Positions 8,537-18,189 of a DNA stretch of 64,000 bases are shown here, in pieces. The notes below the pieces were generated by a model. That model saw only the letters and a program-made list of their open reading frames with translations, was not told the DNA's origin and ran no database searches. Origin of the DNA: Spirochaetota bacterium (GTDB lineage Bacteria; Spirochaetota; UBA12135; COTS27; CBDBHE01); NCBI GenBank assembly GCA_965205605.1, contig CBDBHE010000006.1:160001-224000 (forward strand), read 5' to 3'. The translations under genes and the position numbers were made by a program. Position 1 is the first letter of the stretch. The number at the start of each line of letters is the position of its first letter.

Positions 8537-9601
8537 ATGAAATCTAAAAAAAAAATTAAAAAATGGGGAAATTGGGAAAAAATTTCTTCTTTTAAAAAAA
8601 ATAAAAAAGATTCAAAACAAAAAGAGGAAAAAAACAATCAAGGAAAAATCGTTAAAAACTATGATGTGACTAAACTTGATAAGATTAATCTTAAAGCTAT
8701 TAAAGAAAAATATTCCCAAGTTTACTCAAAACAAGTCTCTAAAATCAATGAAATCAAAGCCCCAAAAATATGTTATTTTTGTGGTGTGAGTATTCAAAAA
8801 GAAAGTTTTTTTGTTTTTATTCCTCAAGAAAAAGAAATTTGTCGTGCTTGTTTGCAAACAAAAAATCAATGTAAAAATTGTGGTGTTTTAATTGCGTCTT
8901 TGCAAGTAAAAGGAATGGACCAAAAATATTGTGTTTATTGTAAGCCTCAAACAAAATGTTCGGCTTCTAATAAGAGCTTATTAATTAGCGAAGGAAGTCG
9001 ATTAGAAGGAACTTGTGGTTTTTTTTCTAAAGAAGCCCTTTCGAGAGGAAAAAAATGTTTTTTTTGTCAATTTCCTGCTTTTGAGATATTTTCAAAAGAT
9101 TCCAAAAATCCTTTTCTTTGTTTAAAATGTTCGTCAACTCTTTTAAAAAATGAATCAGATTTTCATTCAGTGCATTTAGACATTACTTCTTTTCTTAGAA
9201 GATATCAGCCGAGACGACTGAGGGCTACTTTTAAGATGCGATTTGTTCTTTTTAAAGCAGATTCTTTAAATTTTTTCAAAAAAGAAAATCGTTTATTTTG
9301 GGTGATAACACCGATGCCCAAACTATTTTTTATCGAATCTTTTTTAATGCATTATTTAAAAGATATTATTTGTCCTTATTATTTGTCTTTAAGAGAACGT
9401 GATCAAAAATTATTTTTTCAATTTGTGTGTTTTATTTTTTATCAATTTAAAGGATATTTACTTGAAAGTCTTAGGGTGAAAAAACAAGCTTTTAGAGGAA
9501 ATGGTTTTGGAGATGCTTTTAGAAATTATTACTTAATGTTAGAAGAAAGTGGCATTAAGAAAACATTAGATGTTCTTTTAAATGATTTGAAAGTAAGTTG
9601 A
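8537..9601 (+). CDS. Cys-rich zinc-finger protein, LIM/DA1-like with degenerate peptidase domain
   Basis: CYFC, CRAC, CKNC, CVYC, CFFC, CLKC pairs; C-terminal MPKLFFIESFLMHYL and FGDAFR resemble DA1 LPRLL..HEMMHAW and YGDGFR. Confidence 0.55.
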   Translation: MKSKKKIKKWGNWEKISSFKKNKKDSKQKEEKNNQGKIVKNYDVTKLDKINLKAIKEKYSQVYSKQVSKINEIKAPKICYFCGVSIQKESFFVFIPQEKEICRACLQTKNQCKNCGVLIASLQVKGMDQKYCVYCKPQTKCSASNKSLLISEGSRLEGTCGFFSKEALSRGKKCFFCQFPAFEIFSKDSKNPFLCLKCSSTLLKNESDFHSVHLDITSFLRRYQPRRLRATFKMRFVLFKADSLNFFKKENRLFWVITPMPKLFFIESFLMHYLKDIICPYYLSLRERDQKLFFQFVCFIFYQFKGYLLESLRVKKQAFRGNGFGDAFRNYYLMLEESGIKKTLDVLLNDLKVS

Positions 9602-9635
9602 AATTAAAAATTAATATTGTTTTAGAAAAAAAATA

Positions 9636-10601
9636 TTAATTTTTTAATTGAGGAATAAGGGATAAATTAGTAAAATCATTTTTATAAAAGGCTTGAATAT
9701 TTTCGATTGTCTTTTGAGCCATTTTTTCATTTGCACAAGCAGTATGAGCGGAAATATGGGGGGTTAAAATTACGTTAGGCAAGGTTCTAAAATCGATTTC
9801 TTTTTTAGAGGAGTAGGGTTCGGTTTTAAAAACATCTAAAGCGGCAGCAGCTATTTTTTTTTCTTTTAAAAAGTAAAAAAGAGCTTTTTCATCAATGACG
9901 TTGCCTCTACTGGTATTAATGAGAAAAGCTTTTTTTTTCATTTTTTTTAAAGTTATTTTATTAATCATATGAGTTGTCTGAGTGGTTAGAGGGACATGAA
10001 TTGAAACAATATCACTATTAGAAAGACAGTCTTCTAAATTGTTATAAAAAAAATCGACCCATTTGATTTGTTTGGCGTCTTTAGGGGGGGTTTTTGTGTA
10101 GACGATGACCTTCATATTTAAGGCTTGTTTGACTACTTTAGAGAGGTGTTTACCGATATTACCAAATCCGATAATTCCAATTGTTTTATCTTTAAGCTCA
10201 ATGCCTTCGATGCGGTCCCAGTGACCGCTGATGATATTTTGATGAGAGTGGAGGATGTTTCTAGCTAAAGAAAGCATAAGTGCTAAAACATGTTCGGTGA
10301 CTGAGTTTTTTAAAATACTAGGAGTATTGGCTACTAAGATATTTTTTTTTAAACAAAGATCAATTGGGATATTGTTATACCCTGTGCCAAAACGAGCGAT
10401 CAAAATCCTTTGTGGAAGAGAAGAGAAAAAGCGTTTACTAAAAGGTCTTGAATCAATAACAATGCATTTAGTTTGATGTTTTTTTAATTTATTTAAGAGG
10501 TCTTCTTCGTCTCTTTTGGAAGAAGAAATGAAGTTGATGGTTGAATTTTTAAAAGTATTTTTGGCTCTTTGATAGAGTTTTTCTTGAATAATGGCTTTCA
10601 C
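9636..10601 (-). CDS. D-isomer-specific 2-hydroxyacid dehydrogenase (SerA-like)
   Basis: GTGYNNI, VANTP, GIIGFGNIG, HVPLT, INTSRG, ALDVF, LTPHIS; likely GTG start at 10601 overlapping the DUF368 stop (GTGA); the ORF track starts it at 10637. Confidence 0.9.
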   Translation of the reverse strand: MKAIIQEKLYQRAKNTFKNSTINFISSSKRDEEDLLNKLKKHQTKCIVIDSRPFSKRFFSSLPQRILIARFGTGYNNIPIDLCLKKNILVANTPSILKNSVTEHVLALMLSLARNILHSHQNIISGHWDRIEGIELKDKTIGIIGFGNIGKHLSKVVKQALNMKVIVYTKTPPKDAKQIKWVDFFYNNLEDCLSNSDIVSIHVPLTTQTTHMINKITLKKMKKKAFLINTSRGNVIDEKALFYFLKEKKIAAAALDVFKTEPYSSKKEIDFRTLPNVILTPHISAHTACANEKMAQKTIENIQAFYKNDFTNLSLIPQLKN

Positions 10602-11539
10602 GTTTTGATTTTTTTGGAAACAATTTCGATGATCCAAGGAATAAAAAATCCGATAATAATAAAAACAAAGGCAATAGAAACGAGAGATTTTTCTCCCGTT
10701 AAAGCAGTGAACTTCGAAGGGGAGAGGAATTGTTCGACTAAAGATTGGTGATGTTTTTGATGCTCAATGGCTGCTTTCCATGGCCAAAGTTTGTTAAGAG
10801 AGCCCATCATAAAACCAGAGAGAATAGATAAAGTAGGATTCTTTGCTTTTTTTAACATCCAAGAAATCAGTTTTGAAAAACTAAGCAACCCTGAAAGGCA
10901 ACCTAAAGCAAAAGTAATGATAATAGGAAAGTGATGATTTTTAATGGCAAGTAAAATAAACTCATACTTATTCATAATCAGTAGTAAAAAACTACCCGAA
11001 ATACCAGGAAGCATCATCGCACAAATAGCAATAAATCCTGCTATGAAAATAAAAAAAGTTGTATTAGGTGTTGTAAAAGAAGAAAGGTTCGTGATTAAGT
11101 ACCCCATAGCGATGCCAATGAATAGATAAAAAAAGTATATCCATTTTGAAAAAGAGGTTTGCTTTAAAATAAAAATAGCTGAAGAAAAAATGAGGCCTAA
11201 AAAAAAAGACCATAAAGCAATCGGATAATGCTCTATTAAGTACAAGATTAGATTAGAAAGACTCCACAAACTAAAGAGAATTCCTAAAAAAACAGTGAAT
11301 AAAAAATAAAAATTAAATTCTTGTAAACAATCTTTAATTCCTTTGTTTTTTAGTGTTATTAATAAAGAAAATCGAATCGATTTTAAAGAATCAATCCATT
11401 CTTTGTAAATCCCTGTGATTAAAGCAACGGTTGCTCCTGAAATACCTGGAACAATATCGGCAATGCCCATAAAAATCCCTTTTACAAAAAGAAGCAAATA
11501 GTTTAAAAAAAAAATTCTTCTAGATTTGGAAAGAATCAT
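10598..11539 (-). CDS. DUF368 membrane protein (putative undecaprenyl-phosphate translocase)
   Basis: KGIFMGIADIVPGISGATVALITGIY and AMMLPGISGS repeats; GSLNKLWPW. Confidence 0.92.
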   Translation of the reverse strand: MILSKSRRIFFLNYLLLFVKGIFMGIADIVPGISGATVALITGIYKEWIDSLKSIRFSLLITLKNKGIKDCLQEFNFYFLFTVFLGILFSLWSLSNLILYLIEHYPIALWSFFLGLIFSSAIFILKQTSFSKWIYFFYLFIGIAMGYLITNLSSFTTPNTTFFIFIAGFIAICAMMLPGISGSFLLLIMNKYEFILLAIKNHHFPIIITFALGCLSGLLSFSKLISWMLKKAKNPTLSILSGFMMGSLNKLWPWKAAIEHQKHHQSLVEQFLSPSKFTALTGEKSLVSIAFVFIIIGFFIPWIIEIVSKKIKT

Positions 11540-11680
11540 TGAAATCGATGTATTTTGAGAAAAAAAGTAAGAAAAATTATAACATTAAGCAAATCATTTT
11601 GGTAGTGGTTTAAAAGAGTATCATTTATTAATAAATTAAGTATAATTAAAAGTTTATTATTTAAAAAAAAGGAACCTATT

Positions 11681-13171
11681 ATGAAATTAAAAGCACATCA
11701 TCAACTTTCAGAGCATATAGAAAATCAAGTTTTTTTTACTTATGAAGGGCCAAAAGCAAATCAGTTTAAGGTTTTTTGTGAAGAGAGATTGATTTACAAT
11801 ATGATCTACCCTTTATATGTTGCAGGAGATTATGGAACAGAAAATTTTGAAGTCTTTACCTTGCATCAAGAAGGTCGCTTTAAAAGAATCAGTTTTCTTC
11901 ATTTTCTTTTTAAAGAAGATAAAAAAATAGAGGCTAGTGATTTTAGAAAAGCTTCTCATGCACTTGTTAATAAAATTAGAGCAACAAAGCATTTGGAAAT
12001 TAATCTTATAGTTGGTGAAGAGATGGAGAAGCTGTTTTCTTTGCCATTAAAAGAAATGGTTAAAGGACTAGGGGAAGGTTTCTTTTTATCGAGTTATTCT
12101 TTTAATAAGTATCAGAAAGAAGAAAAGAAAAGAAAAAAAATTAATAAGGTAACATTTATTACTAAAGAAAAAGAAATCAAAAAAGTTGTTTTAGAAACGG
12201 AGCTTGTTTGTCAGACGGTTTCTTCTGTAAGAGATTGGGTGAATGAACCAAGTAATCACTTTAATGTTAAAGAATTTTCAAAAACAGTTATTGATGAAGC
12301 TAAAAAAAACAAAGTAGCTTATCAAGTCATGGGAAAAAGTGAGATTAAAAAATTAAAAATGGGAGGGTTGCTAGCAGTGAATGCAGGATCTTCACAGCCT
12401 GCTCAAATACTTACCTTAGAACATGGACTTACAAAATATAAAACAAATAAAAAAATACTTTTAGTGGGTAAAGGAGTTGTTTTCGATACAGGGGGGATTT
12501 CGCTTAAACCTTCTTTGGGGATGGGAGAGATGAAAATGGATATGGCTGGGGGAGCGTGTGTACTGGGCACTGTGATGGCGGCAAAAAAATTAGATCTTAA
12601 TGTTAGTTTGATTGGCATGGTGCCTATGACTGACAATAAGCCAGGATCTTTAGCGATTAATCCAGGGGATGTGGTGAAGATGCATAATGGAGTGAGTGTA
12701 GAAATTGATAATACAGATGCAGAAGGAAGGTTAATATTAGCCGATACACTTGCTTATGGGATTAAAAAATATAAACCAAATATTGTTATTGACGTAGCAA
12801 CTTTGACAGGAGCTTGTATTATTGCTTTAGGAAATCATAGGGCGGGACTTTTTTCAAATGAGGTTTCACTCGCTGAAGAATTGTTAAAGGCAAGTATGAT
12901 GGCTGGAGAAAAACTTTGGGAACTTCCTCTGGATGAAGAGTATTTTGAACAAATAAAATCTGATGTAGCGGATATTAGAAATGTAGGGGGTAGAGAAGCA
13001 GGAGCTGTTACAGCGGCAAAATTTTTAGAAAGGTTTGTTGATAAGGTTTCTTGGGCTCATTTAGATATTGCAGGAACGGCTTTTTTAGAAAAACCTTTTT
13101 TCTATTGGCGAAAAGGGGCTACTGGCTTTGGGGTTCGTCTTTTAATTGAGTATTTAAAAAAATTATCTTAG
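11681..13171 (+). CDS. pepA: Leucyl aminopeptidase (M17)
   Basis: VGKGVVFDTGGISLK, MKMDMAG, NTDAEGRL, DVATLTGA, WAHLDIAGT. Confidence 0.96.
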   Translation: MKLKAHHQLSEHIENQVFFTYEGPKANQFKVFCEERLIYNMIYPLYVAGDYGTENFEVFTLHQEGRFKRISFLHFLFKEDKKIEASDFRKASHALVNKIRATKHLEINLIVGEEMEKLFSLPLKEMVKGLGEGFFLSSYSFNKYQKEEKKRKKINKVTFITKEKEIKKVVLETELVCQTVSSVRDWVNEPSNHFNVKEFSKTVIDEAKKNKVAYQVMGKSEIKKLKMGGLLAVNAGSSQPAQILTLEHGLTKYKTNKKILLVGKGVVFDTGGISLKPSLGMGEMKMDMAGGACVLGTVMAAKKLDLNVSLIGMVPMTDNKPGSLAINPGDVVKMHNGVSVEIDNTDAEGRLILADTLAYGIKKYKPNIVIDVATLTGACIIALGNHRAGLFSNEVSLAEELLKASMMAGEKLWELPLDEEYFEQIKSDVADIRNVGGREAGAVTAAKFLERFVDKVSWAHLDIAGTAFLEKPFFYWRKGATGFGVRLLIEYLKKLS

Positions 13172-13181
13172 TTGTTTTTTA

Positions 13182-14426
13182 GTGACTTTTGATTCCTCTT
13201 TTTTAAAAAAAGAAGGGCATGGGCCTATTGAAAATGCGATTAAAATCATTGGTATTGGCAAAAAACGTCTTTTATCTTTAGAAAAAGAACTTGTTTTTAA
13301 AGTCATCCAAGCAATCGAAAAAAAACCACTACAAGCTGTTTTAGAAGGTGCTTTGGTGGGATGTCTACTTTGTAAAGAATTAAATCCTTCCGAAAAAGAG
13401 CTTTTAGGTGTTTTAGGGTTTAAAGGAAATTTTTCCCTAGAAGACATCGCTTATCATTTTTGTAACGAAGCCTCTAAAGATATTTTTCAAATCACCCTTA
13501 AATTACTAAAAAAACAAACCCTCCTTAAAGAAGAAGCTTTTCTTTTAGGAGAATATTTATTTTCAAAAAATTGTTCTCAAAAATTTATAGGGTTTATCTG
13601 TATGGTTTTAAGGATTCGTTATGAAACCATAGAAGAGTTTACAGGGCTTTTACAAGCTTTAGAAGCTTCTTTACGAAATTCTTTTAAAAAAAATATTTTT
13701 CAAAAACCTTTTATTCAATGGGCAGAACCAATGGATGGATTTAATAAATCTTATGTACTTTCTCCTCTTTTAAGAAATCATTTTTTAGATAAAAGGTATG
13801 AATCTCTTTTTCTTTGCTGTGAGAGTAGTGGCCCTAAAGAGGGTCTTAATTTAAAAAAAATTGGAGTTTCTTTAGGGATTTCTTTTGTGAAAGAACCACA
13901 AGATTTTTTGAGAAAAATAAATTGGGGCTATTTTGTTGATTTAGAAAATTTGTATCCATCTTTTAGCAAGTGGATTTTTTTGAGAAGAAGTTTAATAAAA
14001 CGACCTTTTTTAGCAACCCTTGAAAAGCTTTTAAATCCTTTTGGAGCTGATATTGTTGTTGCATCTGCTTTTCATGGTCCGTATATGGAAAAAATGGTTT
14101 CCATTGCAGAAGCAAGAAGATACCAAGCTTGTATGATTTCTAAGTGGGGAAATGAGGGGGGATTAATGAGTCGAGGGAATCGATCTATTGAACTGCTTTG
14201 TTCGGTTAAAACAAATGGAGGTTATAAAAGAAAGCTTATTAAGTCTAAAGTAATCAATTCTAAAGTTAAAAAAGATGAGAATTTTGATGGTTCTTTAGAA
14301 TTTAATAAATCTTTAATTTTAAATTATCTTAAAAAAGGAACCATGGGTATTTCGTTTTGGGATGACTTATTTCAAGTTTCTTTGGAAGTGTATTTAGAAG
14401 GACTTGATTTTATTCAATCAAAATAA
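13182..14426 (+). CDS. Anthranilate phosphoribosyltransferase-like (YbiB/TrpD2-like) protein
   Basis: IKIIGIGKK, LRIRYET, AEPMDG, KRPFLATLEK, AFHGPY. Confidence 0.65.
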   Translation: MTFDSSFLKKEGHGPIENAIKIIGIGKKRLLSLEKELVFKVIQAIEKKPLQAVLEGALVGCLLCKELNPSEKELLGVLGFKGNFSLEDIAYHFCNEASKDIFQITLKLLKKQTLLKEEAFLLGEYLFSKNCSQKFIGFICMVLRIRYETIEEFTGLLQALEASLRNSFKKNIFQKPFIQWAEPMDGFNKSYVLSPLLRNHFLDKRYESLFLCCESSGPKEGLNLKKIGVSLGISFVKEPQDFLRKINWGYFVDLENLYPSFSKWIFLRRSLIKRPFLATLEKLLNPFGADIVVASAFHGPYMEKMVSIAEARRYQACMISKWGNEGGLMSRGNRSIELLCSVKTNGGYKRKLIKSKVINSKVKKDENFDGSLEFNKSLILNYLKKGTMGISFWDDLFQVSLEVYLEGLDFIQSK

Positions 14427-14503
14427 AAAAATTAAAAATTTATTAAAAATTCGCTTCTTTTTTAAAAGTTAATTAAAAAATACTAAATTCCGATGAAATT
14501 AAT

Positions 14504-14562
14504 AAAAGAGCTAACAAAAGAGCTGATCTTTGATTTATACTAGGTAGTAGCTATAAATCAAA
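14504..14562 (+). promoter_or_regulatory. Leader element: AAAAGAGCT direct repeat followed by an 11-bp inverted-repeat hairpin just before the RBS
   Basis: AAAAGAGCT at 14504 and 14516; TTTGATTTATA (14529-14539) pairs with TATAAATCAAA (14552-14562); AAGGA follows at about 14567. Confidence 0.5.
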
Positions 14563-14578
14563 CTTTAAGGAATTTAAT

Positions 14579-17113
14579 ATGAAAAAAAATAGTAAAAATT
14601 CTAGTAGGTTACAATTTTTGAGGCTTATTTTTTTTTTAAAAAAAAGAAAAAATATGATAAAAAGTATTTTTTTACTTAGCTGTATTTTGATATTAAGTTA
14701 TCCTTTTCTTAACCTTTTATATATTTATGGAGGGACGTTTTTTAAGTCTTATTCTTTAGAAATCGATCAATATGCTAATTTAATCAAACGCTATAGTTTT
14801 GAAGAAAAAGAAGAAAATAAAAATTTTTTAAGTGGTTTTTATCATGAAAATAAAGAACCTTTTGGAGAAATCAAATTAGAAAAAGTATCTTTGGATGGTT
14901 ATTATAATTCTATTTTAGAAGAATATCGATTAGAAGAAGATACAAGTTTGGGAGATTTTTATTTGAGTAGGCTTCGCTTAGGTTTAAAAAGCATCAGTAA
15001 TGAGCGAGTGTCTTTTATTTTTGGAGATAAAGAACCTATTTTAATTGGCAAGGACCCCTCAGAAGTGCTTGCTGATTTGGGAGAGTTAAAAATTTTTCAT
15101 TATTTTGATGGTGTTCATAGTGAAAAAGAAAAAAATACTAATTTTAAAAATTCACCTTCTGATAAAATTGTTAGTAAATTAGATGAAGAAGGTAAGAACA
15201 ATAATTATATTGATACATATGTCGATGATAAATATTTTAAAAACTATAGTTCTGTTATAGATAAAGAGTTGGAGCAAAATGAAAATGATTTTTATACATC
15301 ACCTAATCCAAATAAAGTAAAAACTAATGCTTTAAAAATACTTCAAAGTGTTCAAATTATTTTAAATAAAGCAGCTTACTATTCTTATGAATTAATTAAG
15401 GTTAATTTAGTTTCAAAAAACAGTCTTAATTTAAGTGATTTTAAAATTTATGTAAAACGAAAAAATTATATTTTTCCAAATGTAGGGGGAAGAAATGATT
15501 TCTTTTTTAAATATAAAGGAGATACAATTTATACAACTATAGCTATAGGATATGCTCCTTCACCAGGGGAATATACGGTTTTAGTGAAGTCACTTTCAAA
15601 TCCTTCTTGGCCAGGCATCAAAAAAAAATTTAGAATGCTTAGACGAAAAGTACCTCCTTTAAAGAAAGGGTTTTCTGTTGTTAATTTGGAATACACGATT
15701 CCTTTAAATGGAGTGTCTCTTAAAGGTCCTTATGGGAAAGTAGGAGGTTATGAGAAGTTAGTAGATTGGGTTTCGTATATGGATAATGATGCCTTTTGGA
15801 TGTTAGTTGCACAAACAACTGGATGGGGTTCTTCAATATCTCCTTCATCTCCTTGGATTAAAGGAGGGTTTGAAAATTTAAAACTTTTAGGGCCTATTTG
15901 TAAAGAAAAAAACATTAAACTAGGTGCCTATGTCATGGCTTATTTTACTCCTGGAAATGGAAAAAAAAAAGCTAAATATGATCCTTCCTTAGGGTATTCG
16001 CATCATCGGGGGCTAGAAGATTCGCTTCATATATCACTTAATTCTGAGCAACGGCTCAATGATATTGTTGAAGTTGTCAAAAGATTTGACAAAAACCCAT
16101 ATGTAAGTTTTATTGGGCTTGATTTTATTCGTACAGGTCGAGCGGATGGTTATGAAATGGGGCCTGAGTTTATTGATGATATGAATGTAAGAGTGCCTAA
16201 TTATTATTTTAAAATGAGTTATGTTGATAAAATTAAATGGTTTTCAAAACGTGTTGAAAATCGAAAAAATAGAAGCATCATCATGAAATGGCGTTGGTGG
16301 AGAGCTCATAAAGTTGCCACGATTGTTAATACGATTATTAAAAAAGCGCACTTAAAAAAACCTTTTTGGGTTTTTACCTTAGGATGGGAACATGGTAAAC
16401 AACATGGGCAAGATCCGTATATGTTTTTTGATGCCGGTGTTTTTATAGACGCAGTGATGCTATATGAGGCAAAATTAAAGCAGTTTCAAAATATGATGAT
16501 TCAATGGCCTAATTATATGAGAGATCATCGTAATAATATTGTTATTGGCAATGCTTCTGATATAAGGCTTTTAGATGGTCTTAGCCATAATCCAGCTATT
16601 GAGTATCTTTATAGAACGAAGCGTGGTTATAAAGAAATTTATAGAAATAGTTATGCTAAAGGAATTTTTTTACATGACATCTCTAGGGCTCTTTGGAGCT
16701 CTAAAAGAGGGATTGATGTGGAAGACTGGGCGGTTATTCATGGGCATGCGACTTCGATTTATCGCCATGACTTAGGGTTGATTCCTTATAGGGGTGAATT
16801 TGTTTTTAATGAAGATAAAAAAACTGGATTTATTAAAATTGTTAATAAAAGCGGCAGGCAGATTAATAATATCAACCTTAAAATGGTTAAGTCAAAACAT
16901 TGGCGGAGCTTAAGCCATCAAGGAATAAATACTTTTTCACTAAAGCCTCATGAAGCAAAAATCATTTCTTTTAAAGCCGTTCCTCATACTAAATATAAGT
17001 ATAAAGAAATTTTATTAGGTGCTTATTTAAAACACCCTGTATATCGAAAATTTTTCTTTTTTATCCATCGTTCTAAAAGAAATTTAAAACCTTTTGTTAG
17101 TTATGCCCGTTGA
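14579..17113 (+). CDS. Large membrane-anchored hypothetical protein with putative glycoside-hydrolase-like TIM-barrel
   Basis: 844 aa, N-terminal TM helix; GLDFIR, WRWWRAHKV, DAVMLYE resemble GHL/DUF4015-type barrels; start may be at the downstream Met (MIKSIFLL). Confidence 0.5.
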   Translation: MKKNSKNSSRLQFLRLIFFLKKRKNMIKSIFLLSCILILSYPFLNLLYIYGGTFFKSYSLEIDQYANLIKRYSFEEKEENKNFLSGFYHENKEPFGEIKLEKVSLDGYYNSILEEYRLEEDTSLGDFYLSRLRLGLKSISNERVSFIFGDKEPILIGKDPSEVLADLGELKIFHYFDGVHSEKEKNTNFKNSPSDKIVSKLDEEGKNNNYIDTYVDDKYFKNYSSVIDKELEQNENDFYTSPNPNKVKTNALKILQSVQIILNKAAYYSYELIKVNLVSKNSLNLSDFKIYVKRKNYIFPNVGGRNDFFFKYKGDTIYTTIAIGYAPSPGEYTVLVKSLSNPSWPGIKKKFRMLRRKVPPLKKGFSVVNLEYTIPLNGVSLKGPYGKVGGYEKLVDWVSYMDNDAFWMLVAQTTGWGSSISPSSPWIKGGFENLKLLGPICKEKNIKLGAYVMAYFTPGNGKKKAKYDPSLGYSHHRGLEDSLHISLNSEQRLNDIVEVVKRFDKNPYVSFIGLDFIRTGRADGYEMGPEFIDDMNVRVPNYYFKMSYVDKIKWFSKRVENRKNRSIIMKWRWWRAHKVATIVNTIIKKAHLKKPFWVFTLGWEHGKQHGQDPYMFFDAGVFIDAVMLYEAKLKQFQNMMIQWPNYMRDHRNNIVIGNASDIRLLDGLSHNPAIEYLYRTKRGYKEIYRNSYAKGIFLHDISRALWSSKRGIDVEDWAVIHGHATSIYRHDLGLIPYRGEFVFNEDKKTGFIKIVNKSGRQINNINLKMVKSKHWRSLSHQGINTFSLKPHEAKIISFKAVPHTKYKYKEILLGAYLKHPVYRKFFFFIHRSKRNLKPFVSYAR

Positions 17114-17561
17114 GTTGGCTTTATTTAGGCCTCTTATTCCTCAAAATACAGGAAATATTGGCAGACTTTGTGTTGGTTTTAATGTTTTTTTAAATTTAAT
17201 TGGACCACTTGGATTTAAAATAAATGATAAAAGGATTAAAAGAGCAGGGCTTGATTACTGGCAACATTTAAATTATAAGTTTTATGCTGATTTTGAATCT
17301 TTTTATTTAAATAAAAAAGATAAACGAATTATTTGTATTTCGAAGTATGGAGAAAATCTTTTATGTGATTTTTCTTTTAGTAAAACAGATATTTTACTAA
17401 TGGGCCAAGAAACGGAAGGAGTACCAAAAGGTTTAATTAAAAATTATGGTTTAAAGCGAGTTGCCATTCCAATGGAAGGCTTGATTCGTTCTTATAATTT
17501 AGCCAATGCGAGTGCGATAATTCTTTATGAATCTTGGAGGCAACTTAAAAAATTGAAGTAA
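17103..17561 (+). CDS. trmL: tRNA (cytidine/uridine-34-2'-O)-methyltransferase TrmL
   Basis: PLIPQNTGNIGRLC, RAGLDYW, GQETEG, RSYNLAN; ATG at 17103 overlaps the end of the upstream gene. Confidence 0.95.
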   Translation: MPVELALFRPLIPQNTGNIGRLCVGFNVFLNLIGPLGFKINDKRIKRAGLDYWQHLNYKFYADFESFYLNKKDKRIICISKYGENLLCDFSFSKTDILLMGQETEGVPKGLIKNYGLKRVAIPMEGLIRSYNLANASAIILYESWRQLKKLK

Positions 17562-17570
17562 TAGCTAAAA

Positions 17571-18116
17571 CTAGATTTTTTTTTTAAGATTGATATTAAC
17601 ACGTTTATTATTTTTTTTAATAATTTTTCCTGGATTTCCAATAACAGTGCAATTAGAAGGGACATCATTCATAATAAGTGTTTTAGCTCCTATTTTGACA
17701 TGGTTGCCTATTTTAATAGGGCCTAAAAGAGTAGAGCCAGTGCCGATCATGACATTATCACCAATTGTAGGGTGTCTTTTTCCTTGATAGTTTCCAATAC
17801 CTCCCAAAGTAACCATATGAAACATAAAACAATTTTCTCCAATTTCGGTAGTTTCTCCAATAACACTCCCCATGCCGTGATCAATAAAAAAGCCTTTAGC
17901 GATTTTGGCTCCAGGGTGGATTTCAATACCGGTTAAAAATCTGGCTATTTTAGCAAAGACTTCTGCAATAAAATAAAGCTTAATTTTATATAAAGGATGG
18001 CTAAAATAACGGTGAATAAAGATAACTTGAAATCCGGGAAATAGTAAAAATTGAATTCCTCTAGCAGATGGGTCGTTTTTATAAAGAGCCTGTATATCTT
18101 TAATAAAAGCTAACAT
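17571..18116 (-). CDS. cysE: Serine O-acetyltransferase
   Basis: DPSA, TGIEIHPGA, FIDHGMG, VTLGG, KRHPTIG. Confidence 0.93.
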   Translation of the reverse strand: MLAFIKDIQALYKNDPSARGIQFLLFPGFQVIFIHRYFSHPLYKIKLYFIAEVFAKIARFLTGIEIHPGAKIAKGFFIDHGMGSVIGETTEIGENCFMFHMVTLGGIGNYQGKRHPTIGDNVMIGTGSTLLGPIKIGNHVKIGAKTLIMNDVPSNCTVIGNPGKIIKKNNKRVNINLKKKI

Positions 18117-18189
18117 GGTTTAAGAAACTTATTTTTTTTAAGAAACAATTAGGAACATTAACAAAAAAAGAAAACCATTTTAAAAAAAC

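Noticed and set aside
14470-14496. Possible second sigma28 promoter (TAAT-N15-TCCGATGA)
   Set aside because: Mismatches in both boxes in a very AT-rich context; too weak to call
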